From an uncultured Candidatus Saccharibacteria bacterium (GTDB lineage Bacteria > Patescibacteriota > Minisyncoccia > Phycocordibacterales > UBA918): a stretch of DNA of 64,000 bases. The position numbers and the translations under genes were made by a program. Shown here in pieces: positions 59,954-64,000 of this stretch (position 1 is the stretch's first letter; each line of letters opens with the position of its first letter). The stretch covers positions 165,406 through 229,405 of the forward strand of contig CAYGLK010000002.1 of the NCBI GenBank assembly GCA_964350985.1. Reading direction: 5' to 3'. The notes beneath the pieces were generated by a model. That model saw only the letters and a list, made by a program, of their open reading frames with translations, was not told the DNA's origin and made no database searches.

Positions 59954-60526
59954 TTAATTTAAGTTACTTTTACGATCTGAAGCTTCTTTCATCAATCTAT
60001 TCCTTTCTGCTTCCTCTCCTACTCCCAATACAGACCCTTCATTATCCACCACCGCAATCAGAGGCTTTGATTCATCAATAGATTTCCTTGCCTCCATCCA
60101 GGTATCCATAATTGATTCTTTACTATTAGGTTTACGGTTCTCAAGAAACTTAAAAAACATTTTAATTTCACCTAAAGAAATTTTGGAGCCGAAACGATCT
60201 GAAAACATTTGTTGCAAGACCGCGGGATCAATTTTTTCTAGCATCCTAAATCCCGCCTCTTCGTTGGCTTTACGATCCAAAAAAGCAAGGCCAATGGCTT
60301 TTTTTTCAGATAATTCTTCACCGTCTCTCTCTGCCTGTTTTATCAAAACCTCAGCTCTAGCAGATATTGATTCATAATCATCGCTAGATAAAAGTTTTAC
60401 GTCTGCCCCTTCAACCAAGCCCATTTCTATCAAACAATCCCGAGCTGACTCTGTGTCACCGAATTCACTAAACCCAGAAAAAGGTGCTCTTGTTTCAAAT
60501 CTATGATTTTCATTATTTCCGTGCAT
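59954..60526 (-). CDS. hypothetical protein
   Basis: 190-aa charged ORF. Confidence 0.65.
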   Translation of the reverse strand: MHGNNENHRFETRAPFSGFSEFGDTESARDCLIEMGLVEGADVKLLSSDDYESISARAEVLIKQAERDGEELSEKKAIGLAFLDRKANEEAGFRMLEKIDPAVLQQMFSDRFGSKISLGEIKMFFKFLENRKPNSKESIMDTWMEARKSIDESKPLIAVVDNEGSVLGVGEEAERNRLMKEASDRKSNLN

Positions 60527-60845
60527 AAGTATGTTCTAAATTTAAATTTTAAATTAACGATGCTGCCAAACAGACTGCTTACTTCGATTATATCAGACCA
60601 AGTTGGATAACAGTAATTCACTCGCATTTTTTGATGATGGGTGGTATTATCTCAGACACAAATCAATGTGTACTTTGGTTTGTATAGCAAGAGCTTCCCG
60701 GGGTGTATCTTCGATACAACCCTTCTTCGCTCGGTCATGGCGTGGCACAAGCAGAGCTTGTCATTGCTTCAATGTAATTTTATTTAACGAAAGCAAGCTT
60801 TCTTAAATAAAATTACCTTAAAGCCACGCCGCGACCCTCACTCAT

Positions 60846-60916
60846 CGGGGTGTAGCATAGTGGTAGTGTACACGGTTTGGGACCGTGTGGTCCGGGTTCG
60901 ATTCCCGGCTCCCCGA
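60846..60916 (+). tRNA. tRNA-Pro(TGG)
   Basis: CGGGGTG...CTCCCCG acceptor stem (one T-T mismatch), CACGG-TTTGGGA-CCGTG anticodon arm, GGTTCGATTCC T-arm. Confidence 0.93.
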
Positions 60917-61305
60917 CAAATAAAAAGGCGGCTTTATGCCGTTTTTTTATTTGTTGGGGAGAAAACGTGCCCTGCGGCACGTTTGACCGGAATCGAAAAG
61001 CGCAGTGATGCCTTTAGGCGAGCGAGCTGTGGTCAAGAACACTTAGTAGATTTGGAGTCGAAGACGAACAAATATACTTAGTGATTCGTGACCGATTCCC
61101 GACTCCCCGACAAACATAAAATCCTGTAGTCTTTTAAGATTACAGGATTTTGTTGTTTTCAGAGAAGAAAACGTGCCATGTGGCACGTTTGTACGGAATC
61201 TAAAATTGCAGCGATGTATTAGACGAGTGATCTTGGGTTAAGGACGCTTAGTAATTTGGGTTAAGCAAAAGATATCCTCAGCGATTTATTATCGATTACT
61301 GACCC
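60917..61305. repeat. two tandem tRNA-Pro-armed structured elements (type A; second degenerate)
   Basis: Terminator, inverted Pro end with AAACGTGCC-CTGC-GGCACGTTT, core homologous to 55378-55590, direct Pro end at 61093-61114; decayed copy follows. Confidence 0.85.
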
Positions 61306-61332
61306 AAAGTAAAGTTGCGGGATAGGGATTAT

Positions 61333-61893
61333 CTTTTCACATGAAACACTACAAATATGTTTCACGTGGTACATATGCTCATATTTACAGACGTTACACG
61401 TGTAACTATTCCAAGATTATATTTGGTAAGTACTTAACAGAAGCATATTTCTCACTCAGAACAACCTTTACAGCAAGGACGTCTATTTGCCACTCCCCTT
61501 CATACTTATATTCCATCAACCAAGACTCTATGGCTCTAGAGAGCTTCTTTAGCTTATAGGAATGGACATTATCCTCTGGTCTCCAGGTACCACGTGAAAC
61601 ACTACCATTTAAATAAGTTTTTGTTTCATATGAAACTGTTTTAACCTCAACGAAGTGAACCTTATTAGTTCCACGTGCAACAATATCGATTTCTCCCCAT
61701 TTTTTAAGATAATTCCTGTTCAAGATATTAAAACCTTTTCTTTTTAAGTAGTTAGAGGCAATTTCCTCACCATAATTACCAATAACTTTATTATTTTTCT
61801 TATTTAAAGTTACTTCTGTCATTAATTTCAGTATATCACTAGAATTTACCTATGTTCTACGTGTAACAGGTAATAAGTGTTTCACGTGGCACA
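61333..61893. other. cluster of about 8 parS-like palindromes
   Basis: Imperfect TGTTTCACGTGAAACA matches starting at 61333, 61358, 61392, 61586, 61622, 61667, 61853, 61878. Confidence 0.8.
61406..61822 (-). CDS. YraN (UPF0102) family protein
   Basis: GNYGEEIA...NY...GEIDIVA...FVEVKT. Confidence 0.92.
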   Translation of the reverse strand: MTEVTLNKKNNKVIGNYGEEIASNYLKRKGFNILNRNYLKKWGEIDIVARGTNKVHFVEVKTVSYETKTYLNGSVSRGTWRPEDNVHSYKLKKLSRAIESWLMEYKYEGEWQIDVLAVKVVLSEKYASVKYLPNIILE

Positions 61894-62039
61894 CAAAATC
61901 AACATAGCTTGTTTTATATAGCTATTTGTCTTTTATAATTTGTCCTTTATCCACCTATACACCTACTTTTCCACAGTTCTGTTTATATCTTGTAAGTTTG
62001 TCCTTTAGGAAGTTTCTTCGAATTTATTGTATTGGGGGA

Positions 62040-62391
62040 CAGGGGTAATCGCCAGCTTACTGCCGCAGTACACCTTTTGAATATATTCTTCCTTATAGTC
62101 AGAATCTATCTCAAAAGCTCTTCCGATCACCCAAGCAAAATTGAAAAAGACCAGGGTAGAAACCCTGATCTTTCTCAATTTGTGCGGCCAGGGGTAATCG
62201 AAACCTGACGGTCACCAACGTCCTTTGCTTCAAGTATTCGCAAAGCGACGTGGTGCCGCGGGTCACGCCTCACTTGTTCGTAACCTCACAGTGTTCTGGC
62301 GGTTTCTCATACACAATGGGTGCGCAGGCACCCATTTACCAACCCTTACATATATAAAAATGACCCAAATTAAGGGTCATTTTTATATATG
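62040..62391. repeat. tandem tRNA-Gly(GCC) 3'-end duplications with structured spacers
   Basis: TGTGCGGCCAGGGGTAATCGAAACC at 62181-62205, CAGGGGTAATCG at 62040-62051, terminators, 9-bp stem with CTGC loop at 62315-62336. Confidence 0.82.
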
Positions 62392-62462
62392 TGCGGCCAG
62401 GGGTAATCGAAACCCCGACTGTTGCTTGGCAAGCAACCGTTATACCACTTAACCATGGCCGC
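62392..62462 (-). tRNA. tRNA-Gly(GCC)
   Basis: GCGGCCA/TGGCCGC acceptor stem, GTTGC-TTGCCAA-GCAAC anticodon arm, GGGGT-TTCGATT-ACCCC T-arm. Confidence 0.95.
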
Positions 62463-62465
62463 ATT

Positions 62466-63149
62466 TTATTTTTCTAGCTCTTTGGTAGCTAATTCAATCC
62501 AACGGAATAATTTTTTCTTCAGAAGGGTACTGCCGATTATAGTATTGCCAACACCAAAATGCAACGTACGTTTCTTACTTCTTCCTTGTATAACTTGATT
62601 CTTGTAAAATTGACCAACTGAAAGTCCCGTTTTCTTAGCCCAGTGCTTCATACAAGTTACTTCATCTAAATCGGGATAAAGTAATATCCAAAACCTGATT
62701 TTTCTTTTATCTACACCTAAATAAGTGGTGATGAAGCGGATAAATATACGGTGTAAGTCTGGACGACTGTTAGCCATTCTAATTAAATGAGAGTCCTGAT
62801 TATCGCCTTCACTAACATACAACATCAAGCCAGCAATAAAGAGTGGGGAAGAACGATAGTGATTATACTCGATCTCAGCCAACCGGGTAATTTCAGAATA
62901 CTGCTTGCGGCGTTCTGTCATTCTAGCCTTGTTTATCAGAGCTAAACGGGCTTTATTTGTGACAATTGCCTTAGCTTTATTATCTTTAGCTACTGCCCGA
63001 GAGAAAGGCTCATCTTTAAGCCAAGAACTTACAGTTCCGACTGAAACACCGCAGATTTTAGCGATCTCTGTATAGGTAAAGCCTCGCTTCCGGAAAGCAA
63101 TGGCTTGTTCGTAAGCTTCTTTTTTATACTTTCCACGCAAAACTACCAT
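62466..63149 (-). CDS. HTH plus LAGLIDADG-like domain protein
   Basis: RKRGFTYTEIAKICGVSVGTVSSWL HTH; AGLMLYVSEG helix followed by ANS.P motif. Confidence 0.65.
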   Translation of the reverse strand: MVVLRGKYKKEAYEQAIAFRKRGFTYTEIAKICGVSVGTVSSWLKDEPFSRAVAKDNKAKAIVTNKARLALINKARMTERRKQYSEITRLAEIEYNHYRSSPLFIAGLMLYVSEGDNQDSHLIRMANSRPDLHRIFIRFITTYLGVDKRKIRFWILLYPDLDEVTCMKHWAKKTGLSVGQFYKNQVIQGRSKKRTLHFGVGNTIIGSTLLKKKLFRWIELATKELEK

Positions 63150-63251
63150 ATCAAAGTTACTATATTATATATGATCACCAGGGTTCATTTTAAAGATATA
63201 AACACAGCCCTTAGATAAGGGCTTTATTTATATCGCAGTATGAGTGTCTAC

Positions 63252-63536
63252 CTAAAAATCTCCGTTAATCATCTCTCCAATCACTAGCTGACAACCGTCT
63301 GGTCCAACTACAGCAGAGTAGGGGACTTGTGGAATAAAGTTGTATCTATCACCTGCGGTTAATCTTTTAGTATTTCCAGCGACTTTAATTTCAAAGGCTC
63401 CTTCCGCCACAAAGACAGTCACCTTATCTTGATGTTGATGTTCTTCATAAATTGCACCCGGGGCGTCTTGATTTTCATATACATATGTAAAACCTGCTTT
63501 TTCTAGGGTTTGAATACATCTTTCTGATAGTTCCAT
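63252..63536 (-). CDS. cupin domain protein
   Basis: EEHQH...VAEG...LTAGDR...VGPDGC. Confidence 0.85.
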   Translation of the reverse strand: MELSERCIQTLEKAGFTYVYENQDAPGAIYEEHQHQDKVTVFVAEGAFEIKVAGNTKRLTAGDRYNFIPQVPYSAVVGPDGCQLVIGEMINGDF

Positions 63537-63613
63537 GGAGTAAATTATAGCAAATATTGTCTTTCTAAACTAAAAACACCGCCTTATAAGGTGGTGTTTT
63601 TAGTTTACTTTTG

Positions 63614-63685
63614 TGCACCTGCCAGGACTCGAACCCAGAATAACTGATCCGAAGTCAGTTGTGATATCCATTTCACTACAGGTGC
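63614..63685 (-). tRNA. tRNA-Arg(TCG)
   Basis: GCACCTG/CAGGTGC acceptor stem, ACTGA-CTTCGGA-TCAGT anticodon arm, GGTTCGAGTCC T-arm. Confidence 0.95.
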
Positions 63686-63696
63686 AAGAGAGAAGT

Positions 63697-63760
63697 TAAA
63701 GAAAAGTTTATTTTTCTTTATGCTTCGAGCGCCGCATCTGCAAACTATGTTTACAGGTGC
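63697..63760 (-). other. conserved tRNA 5'-flank double-hairpin motif
   Basis: GCACCTGTAAAC-ATA-GTTTGCAGATGC then TAAAGAAAA-ATAAAC-TTTTCTTTA on the minus strand. Confidence 0.65.
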
Positions 63761-63877
63761 GAATGAAGAATCAAGCAAATAAAGCCTAATCTCCAATCAA
63801 CTTAGCGAGCTAAATTGATGTTCATCATCATACGTTAAAGCTAGGAAAAAGCAACGCTTTTCTGCTACAATAAACGA

Positions 63878-64000
63878 ATGATACCGCCAACAGCCATTCC
63901 TCTTTCAATTAAAAAAATCAGTGAGGTCTTAGAGAAAAATGGCTACGAAGCATACTTAGTAGGTGGTTGTGTTAGAGACTTGCTTTTAGGACGTACTCCA
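63878..64000 (+). CDS. cca: CCA-adding/poly(A) polymerase family nucleotidyltransferase (5' part)
   Basis: LEKNGYEAYLVGGCVRDLLLGR motif; the tRNA genes here lack an encoded CCA. Confidence 0.85.
   Translation, partial: MIPPTAIPLSIKKISEVLEKNGYEAYLVGGCVRDLLLGRTP

Noticed and set aside
60846-60916. tRNA-Pro as a pseudogene because of a T-T mismatch in the acceptor stem
   Set aside because: All other arms are intact and single acceptor mismatches are tolerated. It may reflect 3'-end replacement, but this cannot be shown here.
50453-62205. Extra tRNA genes at the GGGTGAGAAGAATCG, GATTCCCGACTCCCCG and GCGGCCAGGGGTAATCG copies
   Set aside because: Only T-arm/acceptor 3' fragments are present, with no D or anticodon arms.
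1-64000. Alternative genetic code 25 (UGA=Gly) as in some CPR lineages
   Set aside because: Conserved genes translate full length under code 11 with no in-frame TGA.

Overview
Bacterial chromosomal segment in the standard code 11. Gene content suggests a Patescibacteria/CPR (Parcubacteria-like) genome; this is an inference. The window holds a fragmented str/S10 ribosomal region (rpsL-rpsG lie about 12 kb from fusA, and tuf-rpsJ is separated from rplC-rplD), competence and type IV pilus genes, housekeeping genes (rnhA, recJ, pgk, tpiA, nusA, ppa, tig, clpP, rny, hup, start of cca), four tRNA genes and a parS-like cluster. The most striking part is non-coding. (1) A family of about 200-bp multi-hairpin elements lies behind three different tRNA genes, with a shared core and outer arms that copy the local tRNA 3' end. 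(2) A cassette-like island of about 9.5 kb downstream of tRNA-Gly(TCC) carries NUDIX, HIT, TrmB and orphan cargo, separated by tRNA 3'-end half-sites and a second 22-bp half-site that reads WDDVRTF. No recombinase is present in the window. (3) Hairpins matching each tRNA's own 5' end lie upstream of three tRNAs. (4) A conserved 5'-leader motif precedes two unrelated NUDIX genes. All calls were made by eye from the sequence and the ORF track; no database search was run.
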